38,937 nucleotides of DNA from Candidatus Moraniibacteriota bacterium (GCA_049303555.1 JBAQNF010000096.1:1-38937); one strand, 5' to 3'. Shown: positions 8,162 to 16,407, numbered from the stretch's first letter. The notes: a model not told the origin generated them from the letters alone. Numbers and translations: made by a program.

Positions 8162-8722
8162 ATGGAAACAGTAAAAAGGCCGGAGTGTTTTGGCCAGTTC
8201 AGTGAGAAATCGGACTTCTGCAATAAGGTCTGCAAACACGCTGATGATTGCATAAAGAAAAAAAATCATGACAGTCACAAAGGAACAACTGATAGCAGCG
8301 GGGGAGGGCGGGGCATGTCTCCAAAGGATTCAAGTCAAGGTGTGGGAGTACATGAATCTACCGACAGAGCTTCGGAACGGAGTGACCCTGGCAGAGGCGA
8401 TCTATCAGGACGTAAAAAAAACAGAGGAGAGGATCAGGGAAATGAACAGAGGGAATGGTTGGAAGCCGGTCCCACCCTCGAGGGTGCCGGGAACACCGAT
8501 GTGCTAAGGAAAAAAAATATGATATGTCCAAATGGCCACGGAATGACCTGGGTGGAGGGAGCAGGAAGAGGGGAAGGGTATTGGGACTGCTTTGCATGTA
8601 AGAGGGAAAGAAGTATCGCAGTAGAGAGTCCATCAAACAAGATGATCGACTCTCGTGATATAGTGACTAAGGACTATGGAAAACAAAGAGGAGGAGAAAA
8701 CAGCAGAGGAGAAGGAGCTTGA
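8162..8722 (+). CDS. Cys-rich ORF of uncertain structure (may be two small zinc-ribbon-like genes rather than one)
   Basis: The N-terminus ECFGQFSEKSDFCNKVCKHADDC and C-terminus MICPNGHG...YWDCFACK look protein-like. The middle is G/R/S/D low-complexity and is fully overlapped by the better-looking ORF 8268-8507. An internal ATG at 8519 could start a separate 67-aa gene. Confidence 0.3.
   Translation: METVKRPECFGQFSEKSDFCNKVCKHADDCIKKKNHDSHKGTTDSSGGGRGMSPKDSSQGVGVHESTDRASERSDPGRGDLSGRKKNRGEDQGNEQREWLEAGPTLEGAGNTDVLRKKNMICPNGHGMTWVEGAGRGEGYWDCFACKRERSIAVESPSNKMIDSRDIVTKDYGKQRGGENSRGEGA
8268..8507 (+). CDS. hypothetical protein (79 aa), nested in another frame of 8162-8722
   Basis: MTVTKEQLIAAGEGGACLQRIQVKVWEYMNLPTELRNGVTLAEAIYQDVKKTEERIREMN has helical hydrophobic periodicity. 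Its ATG is preceded by an A8 run, like other starts in this genome. Confidence 0.45.
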   Translation: MTVTKEQLIAAGEGGACLQRIQVKVWEYMNLPTELRNGVTLAEAIYQDVKKTEERIREMNRGNGWKPVPPSRVPGTPMC

Positions 8723-9389
8723 CACTAAGGAGGTGTCGGGTTCTGATGTTATTGAAAAGAGGGAAAAGGTGACGAAAAGTGACACGAGCGCAGACGGCGT
8801 GATAAAAAAGAAAGAAGAGCAGGAGAGGACGAGAATCAAAAAGAAACTATTCCTTGAGGTGTTTGGGAAAACCCTTGGAGCAGTATCAGCGACATGTGAG
8901 AAGGTGGGGATAGAGAGGAATACTTTTTATAACTGGAAAAAGGATGACCCGGCATTTCTTTTTGAGCTGAAAGAAAGAGAGAGGAACATGCTTGAGGATG
9001 TCGAGCAGGTACTAAAGAAATTGATTCTGAAAGAGGAGGGCGCCTCTGTGAGATATTTTCTGGACAGGCGTCATCCACTCTACAGGCCGAGGGTGAAGGT
9101 TGATGGACCGGTAGCCGGTGATAAGTCGCTCGAGGAAGAGCTTGACGAGATGGAATTCGATGATGATTCGAAGTATGGAGAAAACAAAGAAAAAAATGAC
9201 GGAGTTGGAATTGATAGAGACCAGAATCAGGCTCCGGAACAAGCGGGGTCAAATAGTGCCGTTCAAATTGAACCCGGCGCAGGCGTACTATTGGCGAAAG
9301 AAGACGCGACGAAACGTGATAGTGAAGGCCCGGCAGAAGGGGATCAGCAAAATCATTCTGGCGCGGTATCTGGTCCGGTGCATTCGTAA
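8676..9389 (+). CDS. terS: terminase small subunit (HTH type)
   Basis: KKKLFLEVFGKTLGAVSATCEKVGIERNTFYNWKKDDPAFLFELKERERNMLEDVEQVLKK...VRYFLDRRHPLY is the classical small-terminase HTH pattern. Lies directly upstream of TerL. The C-terminal tail overlaps TerL. Confidence 0.7.
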   Translation: MENKEEEKTAEEKELDTKEVSGSDVIEKREKVTKSDTSADGVIKKKEEQERTRIKKKLFLEVFGKTLGAVSATCEKVGIERNTFYNWKKDDPAFLFELKERERNMLEDVEQVLKKLILKEEGASVRYFLDRRHPLYRPRVKVDGPVAGDKSLEEELDEMEFDDDSKYGENKEKNDGVGIDRDQNQAPEQAGSNSAVQIEPGAGVLLAKEDATKRDSEGPAEGDQQNHSGAVSGPVHS

Positions 9390-10680
9390 GAATATCAACG
9401 CGGTAGTTATCTCCCATGAGAAGGGAGCAACACAACGGCTCTTCGCTTCGGTGAAAATGTACATTGACCTTTTGGTGGTGAAGCCGACGACAAGCATTGA
9501 TTCGAAGAGCGAGATCCGTTTCCCATTCCGGGGGAGCTCGTACTTTATCGGGACGGCCGGACAGAAGGCGTTCGGGCGTGGCGATACGGTGGCACTGGCG
9601 CACTTGTCGGAGGCAGCTTTCTATCCAGAGCTGGTCCGGATTCTGAACGGTATCGCGGAGGCGGCCGAGTATGGAGAGATTGACATCGAGACATCACCGA
9701 ACGGACGGGAAGCAGTGTATGATCTCTACCAGAAAGCGAAGGCGGGGATGAGTTCTTTCACGGCCATCTTCATTCCTTGGTTCATAGACCAGGAATATAG
9801 CGCCGACAATTTGACAGAGGAGGAATTGAACGGGCTTTCGAAAGGGGTGCAGGAGATGTTTTCAATGCCGGATGATGAGTTCATGAAGACACTCGATGAT
9901 GGGGAAAAGAAACTGCTCGAGATGGTGGAGCGCGACTGGGCGAAAGAAGGGTGTGTGATGACGCCCGGAATGCTCAAGTGGAGGCGGGCAAAGATTTGGG
10001 ACAAGGGAGAAATCTTTTTTCAGGAGTACCCGGAGGATGATGTGTCATGCTTCTTGCAGAGTGGCCGGTCTGTATTCAGTGAGATCACGTTGGATATTTC
10101 CAAGCGTATACCATTGGACAACTTTGAATCATGGGCAAAGACGAAGGGGATGAGTGACAAGCAGCAGGAGATTTTCAAAAACAAAATGATGTTCGGGGGG
10201 ATAGACCCGGCAGTCGGGACGGCGAACGGTGACGGCGCGGTGTTCTCGGTCATCGATGTGGATATGGAGACAGGCAAGGCGGCAGTGGTGTTTGAATACC
10301 GCTCGAATGAACCATCAGATATTTTTTGCCAGAAGGTCGCATATGTGACGGAGATTTTCAACATCTGGCTGGGTGTAGAAAACAACGGTGTTGGACAGGG
10401 AACCATCAAGGAGTTGCGTCACCTGGGAGTGAGATTCTTCGAGTGGGAAACGACAGGCGCGAATCGCACCCCGATGATCATGGAATTGGAGAAGGCATAT
10501 CGGACAGGTCTTCTCGTCGAAACTTACCCAGAGGCAGAAAATGAAGCGAGGGATATGGTTTATACCGGAGAACCAGAACGACCAGACCACAAAGAAGGCA
10601 AACATGATGACCGAGTATTTTCCAGAGCTATTGCGTGGGGAATGCGAAACAAGCCGTTGCCGGGTGTGACCTACTTGTAA
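9196..10680 (+). CDS. terL: terminase large subunit
   Basis: N-terminal ATPase segment FKLNPAQAYYWRKKTRRNVIVKARQKGISK. C-terminal RNaseH-like nuclease motifs GGIDPAVGTANGDGAVFSVID and HDDRVFSRAIAW. The start is ambiguous (ATG 9160, 9175 or 9196; 9196 has the A-rich context). Confidence 0.85.
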   Translation: MTELELIETRIRLRNKRGQIVPFKLNPAQAYYWRKKTRRNVIVKARQKGISKIILARYLVRCIRKNINAVVISHEKGATQRLFASVKMYIDLLVVKPTTSIDSKSEIRFPFRGSSYFIGTAGQKAFGRGDTVALAHLSEAAFYPELVRILNGIAEAAEYGEIDIETSPNGREAVYDLYQKAKAGMSSFTAIFIPWFIDQEYSADNLTEEELNGLSKGVQEMFSMPDDEFMKTLDDGEKKLLEMVERDWAKEGCVMTPGMLKWRRAKIWDKGEIFFQEYPEDDVSCFLQSGRSVFSEITLDISKRIPLDNFESWAKTKGMSDKQQEIFKNKMMFGGIDPAVGTANGDGAVFSVIDVDMETGKAAVVFEYRSNEPSDIFCQKVAYVTEIFNIWLGVENNGVGQGTIKELRHLGVRFFEWETTGANRTPMIMELEKAYRTGLLVETYPEAENEARDMVYTGEPERPDHKEGKHDDRVFSRAIAWGMRNKPLPGVTYL

Positions 10681-10691
10681 AAAGGAAAAGG

Positions 10692-10700
10692 TGGTATACT
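10692..10700 (+). promoter_or_regulatory. extended -10 element TGGTATACT
   Basis: TTGTAAAAAGGAAAAGGTGGTATACT aligns with TTGTATAAAAATAAAAAGTGCTATACT at 12911. Lies in the TerL-portal gap. Confidence 0.4.
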
Positions 10701-10719
10701 CGAAATAACAAAAAATCCT

Positions 10720-12903
10720 ATGTCAGAACCTTGGTACAAAAAACTAATTGGGGGGTTTCGCCAAAAAAGCTACGGCGAAGTTGAAGTGACTGGTGGACTC
10801 GAAATTCTTTCGAAGTTGACTACCACTGAATTGTCGAAGTCGACTATGCTCGAGAAGTATCGAAAGAGCTTGTATGTTTTTGCCTGTATCAACAAGATTG
10901 CGATGAAGGTGGCCTCGGTGCAGATCGAGATGTACAAGATCAAGAACAGCCACGGAGACCTGGACGAAATCAAGACCCACCCGGCTCTGGATTTGCTGTA
11001 TCAGATGAATCCTTTTCAGACGAAGACGGAGTTCCTGGAAATTACCATGATCAACCTGAAGTGTACCGGGGATGCGTTCTGGTACAAGGTGCGAAATAAT
11101 TCTGGGCAGGTGATGGAGTTGTGGAACTTGCGTCCAGACTACATGACTATCCTGACTGACCCGGTAAATTTTATTAAAGGATATCGCATGAGAAAATCCG
11201 ACGGGAAGACTGTCGATTTTAAGCCGGAGGATATCATCCATTTCAAATACCCTGACCCATTGAATCAATACATGGGTCTTTCGCCTTTGCGGGCGGCACA
11301 GAAGCGTGTCATGACTGAGGAATATGCGACGCAATGGCAGAGTGATTTCTTTTTGAACAGCGCCAGACCAGATGGGTTGATTAAGAATTCGAATACAACT
11401 TTGAGCAAAGACCAGAAGGAAGACATCCGCGAGTCGTGGGGAAAGCGCCATGGTGGTCTGAATAACGCCTACAAGGTTGCCATACTCGAAGGTGGCCTCG
11501 AGTATCAGCTCATCTCTCTATCGCAGAAGGAGATGGATTATATCGAGTCCCTGAAGTTTACGCGTGATGATATTCTCGTGGCGTTCCAGGTACCGAAGCC
11601 GATCGTCGCAATCGTGGACGATGTGAACCGCGCGAACAGCGAGACGGCCATGCAGATTTTCCTTGCTGAAACTATCAAGCCGGAAGTGGATCGTCTGTGG
11701 GAGAAGGTGACAGAGCAACTCATCAGCCAAGATTTCGGTGAGGAGTTCTTCGTCTTGCCAGTAGACCCGACCCCGAAAAACCGGGAGCTCGAGCTCAAGG
11801 AATACTCGGAGGGAATCACGAATCGGTATCTGCTCATCAACGAGGTCCGCGCTTTGGAGGGATTGCCTCCAGTGAAGGGCGGGTGGTCTTTCTATGGGAC
11901 GCTGGCTGAACTGCCGATGGGAGGACTTTCGAACGGCGAGCAGAAGTCTATGATCAAGCGTTTGGACAAAGAGGAAAAGGAAAACGAGAAAACCATCACC
12001 GCAACGATGGCCGAAAAGAAAGTGAAGCGGTACAACTGGCAAGGAAAATTCTGGCTCAAGCAGAAGTTTGTTATCTATGAAACAATGCTCGAAGCTACTG
12101 TGAAAGCAATGAGTGGGAAGAAAAAACGGGACGGCAAGAAGGTCAAAGGAAAATTTGTTTCACTCCTGAAAGACAAAGAGGTGAAGTCGGCTTATGCCAG
12201 TCTTGTGAACAAGGGAATTGATGGCCGGGCCGATCGTTTGAAGAGTGCCACCGATACGTTCTTCAAGGGGCAAATGCACCGAGTTCTTGGTGAGCTTTCG
12301 AAAAAGAAATCAAAAGAGAACCAGAAGAAAATCACCGCAGAAGGAATTTTGAAATATGATAAAGAGGTCGGACTGTCTGTTGAGTTCATCATCCCGTTCA
12401 TTGAGAGCTATCTTAAGGAATCAGCACAGGAAGCCTTGAACATGCTGGCACCACAAGAGGACTATCAGGATTCTAAAAAGATCCAGAAGAGAATTGAGAA
12501 ACGAGCTGAGGAATTTGCTAAGAGTGTGAACTCGACCACCCTGGAGAAACTATCCACAACGCTGGCAGAAGGGATTGCTGAAAGCGAAGGAATCCAGAAG
12601 CTGACGGAACGTGTGGAAGAAGTCTATGCTGATTTCCCGGCGTATCGAAGTGAGATGATTGCCAGGACAGAGGCGACTGTGGCCAATGCAGAGGGTGCTT
12701 TGGAAGGGTTCAGACAGTCGGGAGTGGCGACTGGAAAAGAATGGATCAATTCTGGTGATGACCGGGTGCGCGAAGAACACCAGGACGGAGCTGGGGTTGG
12801 AGGCGAAATTGTTGCATTGGATAAGAACTTTTCGAATGGGCTCGGCTATCCGGCAGAGCCGAATTGTCGGTGTGTTGTTGGCCCGGCGTTTCTCGAGGAG
12901 TAG
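10720..12903 (+). CDS. portal protein fused to a MuF-like (SPP1 gp7-type) minor head protein domain
   Basis: The N-terminal ~430 aa is HK97-family portal-like (LYVFACINKIA..., FWYKVRN, GLSPLRAA, ETIKPEVDRLWE). The C-terminus YRSEMIARTEATVANAEG...WINSGDDRVREEHQD..G...F......YPAEPNCRCV is the Phage_Mu_F signature. Confidence 0.8.
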   Translation: MSEPWYKKLIGGFRQKSYGEVEVTGGLEILSKLTTTELSKSTMLEKYRKSLYVFACINKIAMKVASVQIEMYKIKNSHGDLDEIKTHPALDLLYQMNPFQTKTEFLEITMINLKCTGDAFWYKVRNNSGQVMELWNLRPDYMTILTDPVNFIKGYRMRKSDGKTVDFKPEDIIHFKYPDPLNQYMGLSPLRAAQKRVMTEEYATQWQSDFFLNSARPDGLIKNSNTTLSKDQKEDIRESWGKRHGGLNNAYKVAILEGGLEYQLISLSQKEMDYIESLKFTRDDILVAFQVPKPIVAIVDDVNRANSETAMQIFLAETIKPEVDRLWEKVTEQLISQDFGEEFFVLPVDPTPKNRELELKEYSEGITNRYLLINEVRALEGLPPVKGGWSFYGTLAELPMGGLSNGEQKSMIKRLDKEEKENEKTITATMAEKKVKRYNWQGKFWLKQKFVIYETMLEATVKAMSGKKKRDGKKVKGKFVSLLKDKEVKSAYASLVNKGIDGRADRLKSATDTFFKGQMHRVLGELSKKKSKENQKKITAEGILKYDKEVGLSVEFIIPFIESYLKESAQEALNMLAPQEDYQDSKKIQKRIEKRAEEFAKSVNSTTLEKLSTTLAEGIAESEGIQKLTERVEEVYADFPAYRSEMIARTEATVANAEGALEGFRQSGVATGKEWINSGDDRVREEHQDGAGVGGEIVALDKNFSNGLGYPAEPNCRCVVGPAFLEE

Positions 12904-12910
12904 GCCCCTA

Positions 12911-12937
12911 TTGTATAAAAATAAAAAGTGCTATACT
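12911..12937 (+). promoter_or_regulatory. extended -10 promoter (TTGTAT-N15-TGC-TATACT)
   Basis: TATACT 12932-12937 preceded by TG at 12929-12930. Sequence-similar to the element at 10675-10700. Confidence 0.4.
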
Positions 12938-12943
12938 AACCCT

Positions 12944-13747
12944 ATGAAAAAGAAACTGCTCCAAGAGAAGCAAGAGATCCATCGTGGGTACAGCTTCAAC
13001 ACGAAGAGTATCGACAAAGAAAACTTCACAGTGGAGGGAGTTTTTTCGACGGAGGATGTTGACCGGCATGGTGAGGTCGTTATGCAAAACGGCTGGAAGC
13101 TGGATGCTTACCGAATGAATCCTATTGTGGCTTGGGCCCACAAGACCGGAGATCTGCCGATCGCAAAGATGTTGACCATCGAGGTGGATGGACAGAATCG
13201 TTTGGTGGGAAAAATGCAGTTCGCAGTCAATGAATATCCTTTTGCAAAAACAGTCTTTGACATGATCGCGGGTGGATTCCTCAATGCGTTCTCGGCTGGA
13301 TTCATGAACGAGATCTACCAGATTGACCAGAATGAGGACATCGTAATCCTCAATGAGAACGAACTCTTCGAAGTTTCTGTGGTGCCTATCCCGGCAAATA
13401 AGTTGGCACTGGTGAAGTCGAAGGGAATTGATACAAGCCTTTATGAAAAAGAAATTGAGGAAGCCGGATATGTGAAGCAGGTGCAGTTCGAGATACCGAC
13501 CATGACAGAAGCGGATGCGGTCGAAGTCATCTCAAAATCCAATAAAGAAACCATACGCTCGACGATAGCCACTCTGACGGAGCTGGTGAAAGACGACGCG
13601 GAAGCCGATACTAACAAGGGTGTTCAGGTCGATCACTCCACGACAGCGAAAGCTAAAGTGGGCGGCAAAAACAAAGTCTCCGTCAAATCACTCAATCGGG
13701 CCATCCGTGACCTGTTGGGTGTAAAAAAATCTATAACAAAAATATAA
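12944..13747 (+). CDS. HK97-family prohead maturation protease (S78/U35-like)
   Basis: ATG 12944 inside tracked ORF 12659-13747. FSTEDVDRHGEVVMQNGWKLDAYRMNPIVAWAHK...PIAK and ELFEVSVVPIPAN are hallmark motifs. Confidence 0.8.
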   Translation: MKKKLLQEKQEIHRGYSFNTKSIDKENFTVEGVFSTEDVDRHGEVVMQNGWKLDAYRMNPIVAWAHKTGDLPIAKMLTIEVDGQNRLVGKMQFAVNEYPFAKTVFDMIAGGFLNAFSAGFMNEIYQIDQNEDIVILNENELFEVSVVPIPANKLALVKSKGIDTSLYEKEIEEAGYVKQVQFEIPTMTEADAVEVISKSNKETIRSTIATLTELVKDDAEADTNKGVQVDHSTTAKAKVGGKNKVSVKSLNRAIRDLLGVKKSITKI

Positions 13748-13749
13748 GT

Positions 13750-15072
13750 ATGAATCTCAAAGAATTGCTGAAGAAGCTTCTTGAGAATGCTGCCGGCCTC
13801 AGTGTTGAGGAGAAAGCGTTCTTGGCTTCAAACGAAGATTCCATGAGCGACGTTGAAAAGGAAGCCTTTGCAAAAGTCGCCGTGGAAGAGGAAGAGGGAA
13901 TCGACAAGGAAGCTCTTAAGGCCCTTGTTGGGAAGTCGATTGAAGACGCTCTCGCTGGACGCGTGGACAAAATCTCTGACCAGATCGTGGCCAAGTTCCA
14001 GAAGGGTGTAAATGCTGCCCGGGCCAAGGTGCTCGATGGTGTCGAGGAAGAGGAAGAGAAGAAAGATGAGAAGGCAAAGGGTTTTGCGACCCGTGAGTTC
14101 TTGAAGGCCCTTATGAACGGCGACAAGGCTCGCGCTAAGGCTGTCACTACGGACGACGCAGGTGCCGCTCCGGATGATACCAAGGCAGGTCTCTTGATTC
14201 CTGACGAACTTCGCACTGAAGTTTTGCGGATCAAGGAAACTCAGTATGGTCTCGCTCGTCGCGAAATGTTTTATCTCCCGTTCTCTGGTCCTGGCAATAG
14301 CCGAACCATTCCAGCTCTCGGAACTTCTGTTACCGTAAAATGGACAGATGAGAAGGGCAAGAAGAAATCCACTCAGCCTAAGTTCTCAGTGATCACTCAG
14401 ACGCTGAAGAAACTCGCTGCTATCGTACCTTTCACCGAGGAAATCCTCGAGGACAGTGCAATCGATATCGTGAAGTTGGTTGGTGAATTGTTTGCAGAAG
14501 CAACCGCAAAAGAAGAAGACCTCCAGTTCTTTGCTGGTACTGGATCCCCATGGACTGGTATCTTGAACAATGGATCGGTCAACATCGTGACCATGCTGAC
14601 GGGTGAAGCAAATGACAATCTCGCAGACGAACTCCTTCGTATGCAGGATGCTACCCCATCAGGTGCGCAGGATGGTGCAAAATATTTCATGCACCGTTCA
14701 TGGCTCAATCGGATTCGCAAAATGAAGTCGAGCACTGGTGATTACGTCTACACCAAGCCTTCTGATGGTCAGCCGGCTATGATCTGGGACAAGCCAGTAG
14801 TTCTCTCAGATGCCTTTCCATCGACTGCCGATGTGCAGGTAGGAGATCCTTTCGTACTCTACGGAAATCTCAAGCAGGCCGCAGTGTTTGGCGACAAGCA
14901 ACAGCTTCGTGTGAAGCTCCTTGATCAGGCCACCATCACTGATACCGATGACTCAACGATCATCAATCTTGCTGAGCAGGATATGGTCGCTCTCCGAGTT
15001 GTCGAGCGTGTTGGGTACACTGTAGCTCTCGCAGCCGCAGCGACGGTTCTGAAGTACGCCGAAGAATCCTAA
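13750..15072 (+). CDS. major capsid protein, HK97 fold, with an N-terminal delta/scaffold-like coiled-coil
   Basis: Acidic coiled-coil N-terminus, then LIPDELRTEVLRIKETQYGLARR...LKKLAAIVPFTEEILEDSAIDIV...EEDLQFFAGTG, typical of Phage_capsid. Follows the protease. Confidence 0.85.
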   Translation: MNLKELLKKLLENAAGLSVEEKAFLASNEDSMSDVEKEAFAKVAVEEEEGIDKEALKALVGKSIEDALAGRVDKISDQIVAKFQKGVNAARAKVLDGVEEEEEKKDEKAKGFATREFLKALMNGDKARAKAVTTDDAGAAPDDTKAGLLIPDELRTEVLRIKETQYGLARREMFYLPFSGPGNSRTIPALGTSVTVKWTDEKGKKKSTQPKFSVITQTLKKLAAIVPFTEEILEDSAIDIVKLVGELFAEATAKEEDLQFFAGTGSPWTGILNNGSVNIVTMLTGEANDNLADELLRMQDATPSGAQDGAKYFMHRSWLNRIRKMKSSTGDYVYTKPSDGQPAMIWDKPVVLSDAFPSTADVQVGDPFVLYGNLKQAAVFGDKQQLRVKLLDQATITDTDDSTIINLAEQDMVALRVVERVGYTVALAAAATVLKYAEES

Positions 15073-15093
15073 TGTTGGATTCGGGGCTTGAAA

Positions 15094-15156
15094 GAGGGGG
15101 GAAATTTTCCCCCTTCCCATCAGGCTCCGATCCGGCCCGGACGGTCGAGCCGGGAG
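15094..15156 (+). terminator. two GC-rich hairpins after the capsid gene (terminator/attenuator-like)
   Basis: The stem GAGGGGGGAA / TTCCCCCTTC (about 10 bp, 15094-15116) and the bipartite stem CTC..CCGGC / GCCGG..GAG (15125-15156). No long U-tract. Confidence 0.35.
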
Positions 15157-15183
15157 TCTAATCAAAAAACGAACAACAATCTT

Positions 15184-15696
15184 ATGGCATCAACAGTTGA
15201 AATTGACGAGGCTAATGGCGCGGGTGAGACTCTTACTCACAACATTACAAACTCGAACATGGGCAGTGCTGATGAGGTCAACACTGATCCAGTGGCTAAC
15301 CCGATTGCACCAGCTACGCATACCTACATCAAGTATCAAAAGGTTCATGTGACGGCGATGGGCGGGTCTTCGAAAATCGACAATCTGAAAGTCTGGCGAA
15401 CAGGAGCATTGGGAACTGGGGGCACGCATGCGCATGTCACCAACGCCAGAGAGTCTTCCTACGCGGGAGCCTTGGCCTATGCTACTCCTGTACGTACCAC
15501 GCCGGTTGCGACAGTGACGCAGGCTATGCCTACATCGGTGCCTACTGGGGCGAACCTTGGAATCGGTGGATCTCTTACTGGAAGCCTCACTGCAACAGGG
15601 TCGTCTGACTACCTCGGACATCAGATCACGACCGACGCTTCGGCCACTGCAGGAAGCACGAGCACGATGAACTATCAATACGATGAAACCGCTTAA
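15184..15696 (+). CDS. Ser/Thr/Gly/Ala-rich protein (possible head decoration protein)
   Basis: ATG 15184 inside tracked ORF 15088-15696. 170 aa with S/T/A/G-rich tracts (TTPVATVTQAMPTSVPTGANLGIGGSLTGSLTATGSS). Located immediately after the MCP gene. Confidence 0.45.
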   Translation: MASTVEIDEANGAGETLTHNITNSNMGSADEVNTDPVANPIAPATHTYIKYQKVHVTAMGGSSKIDNLKVWRTGALGTGGTHAHVTNARESSYAGALAYATPVRTTPVATVTQAMPTSVPTGANLGIGGSLTGSLTATGSSDYLGHQITTDASATAGSTSTMNYQYDETA

Positions 15697-15708
15697 TCAA
15701 AAATACCT

Positions 15709-15903
15709 ATGAGCCAAATTCACAAATGCGGAAAATGCGATTTGGAGTTTTCTTCGGAAGAATCGTATGTCGCACATGAGTGCGAAGCGACTGGGGTTAC
15801 TCCAGCCGATCCAGAACACCAGGGGCCAGAGTTTGTAGCCATTCAGGAAGCAGCACTGGCTCGCGGTGAAGAGCGCAAAGCAGCAGAAGAGGCAGTGGTG
15901 TAG
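15709..15903 (+). CDS. small zinc-finger protein (C-x2-C-x12-H-x-C)
   Basis: HKCGKCDLEFSSEESYVAHEC resembles a C2H2/C2HC finger. Acidic C-terminus. Confidence 0.4.
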   Translation: MSQIHKCGKCDLEFSSEESYVAHECEATGVTPADPEHQGPEFVAIQEAALARGEERKAAEEAVV

Positions 15904-15919
15904 TAGTACAATTTGAAGT

Positions 15920-15952
15920 CAATACAATGACCCGCTTACAGGCAATACAATG
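15920..15952 (+). repeat. two copies of CAATACAATG spaced 23 bp
   Basis: Exact 10-mers at 15920-15929 and 15943-15952, with a partial TACAAT at 15907. Confidence 0.6.
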
Positions 15953-15955
15953 CCG

Positions 15956-15986
15956 ATCCCTGTGGCGAAAGTCTCAGGGATTTTTT
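15956..15986 (+). terminator. rho-independent terminator
   Basis: Stem ATCCCTG / CAGGGAT (15956-15962 / 15975-15981), 12-nt loop, T6 run. Confidence 0.65.
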
Positions 15987-16005
15987 ATAAGATAGTAAAA
16001 ACACT

Positions 16006-16407
16006 ATGAAATATTTATTCAAAAAAGAGGGGGAGAAAGATGTAGAAGTCCAGAAGGAGCGTTGGACATGGGGCGTCGTTTATAAAGATGGAAGCCAGCT
16101 CAATCAATTCCGTGAAGAGGACGGGAGTTTCCATCAGTTTGTAGAGATCAAGCAGGATGATGTTTCCATGTTCGTGATGTATTCAGGGGAGAAGCGGATT
16201 GATATCGTTGTGGAAGGAAAACAGATTTTCCACTTTTACCGGAATGTGGTCTTCTCGTACAACTCAGAAGATGAGAGGAAGGTGCGTGTCTATTGCTTCG
16301 GGTATAAAAACAAAGAGACTGGAGAGGCGGTCTACAATTACATCCTTCCAGATGATCGGGTCGTGGTCAGTGATCGCGATATTGATGTAACAAAATTCAA
16401 TATATAG
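16006..16407 (+). CDS. hypothetical beta-rich protein (133 aa)
   Basis: Starts with the exact leader AAAACACTATGA, just after a terminator. I recognise no motif. Confidence 0.5.
   Translation: MKYLFKKEGEKDVEVQKERWTWGVVYKDGSQLNQFREEDGSFHQFVEIKQDDVSMFVMYSGEKRIDIVVEGKQIFHFYRNVVFSYNSEDERKVRVYCFGYKNKETGEAVYNYILPDDRVVVSDRDIDVTKFNI

Noticed and set aside
8836-9603. Long minus-strand ORFs (8836-9603, 255 aa; also 21139-21960, 273 aa; 10744-11451, 235 aa; 7197-7781, 194 aa; 6574-7122; 11518-12042; 13731-14234; 3184-3693)
   Set aside because: Each lies entirely antisense to a + strand gene with clear family motifs (terminase, HK97 gp10-like, portal, Dcm, ParB, capsid, glycosyltransferase). Their translations are low in complexity (R/S/P/L-rich) and none has a plausible start context. 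They are treated as shadow ORFs.
12659-12943. Upstream extensions of tracked ORFs using alternative starts (12659, 15088, 30149, 32274, 37613, 35122, 32039, 29531, 311, 9118)
   Set aside because: The extensions overlap upstream genes, promoters or hairpins and translate to non-protein-like sequence. In each case an internal ATG with the genome-typical A-rich leader or an ATGA overlap gives a product that begins at the conserved domain.
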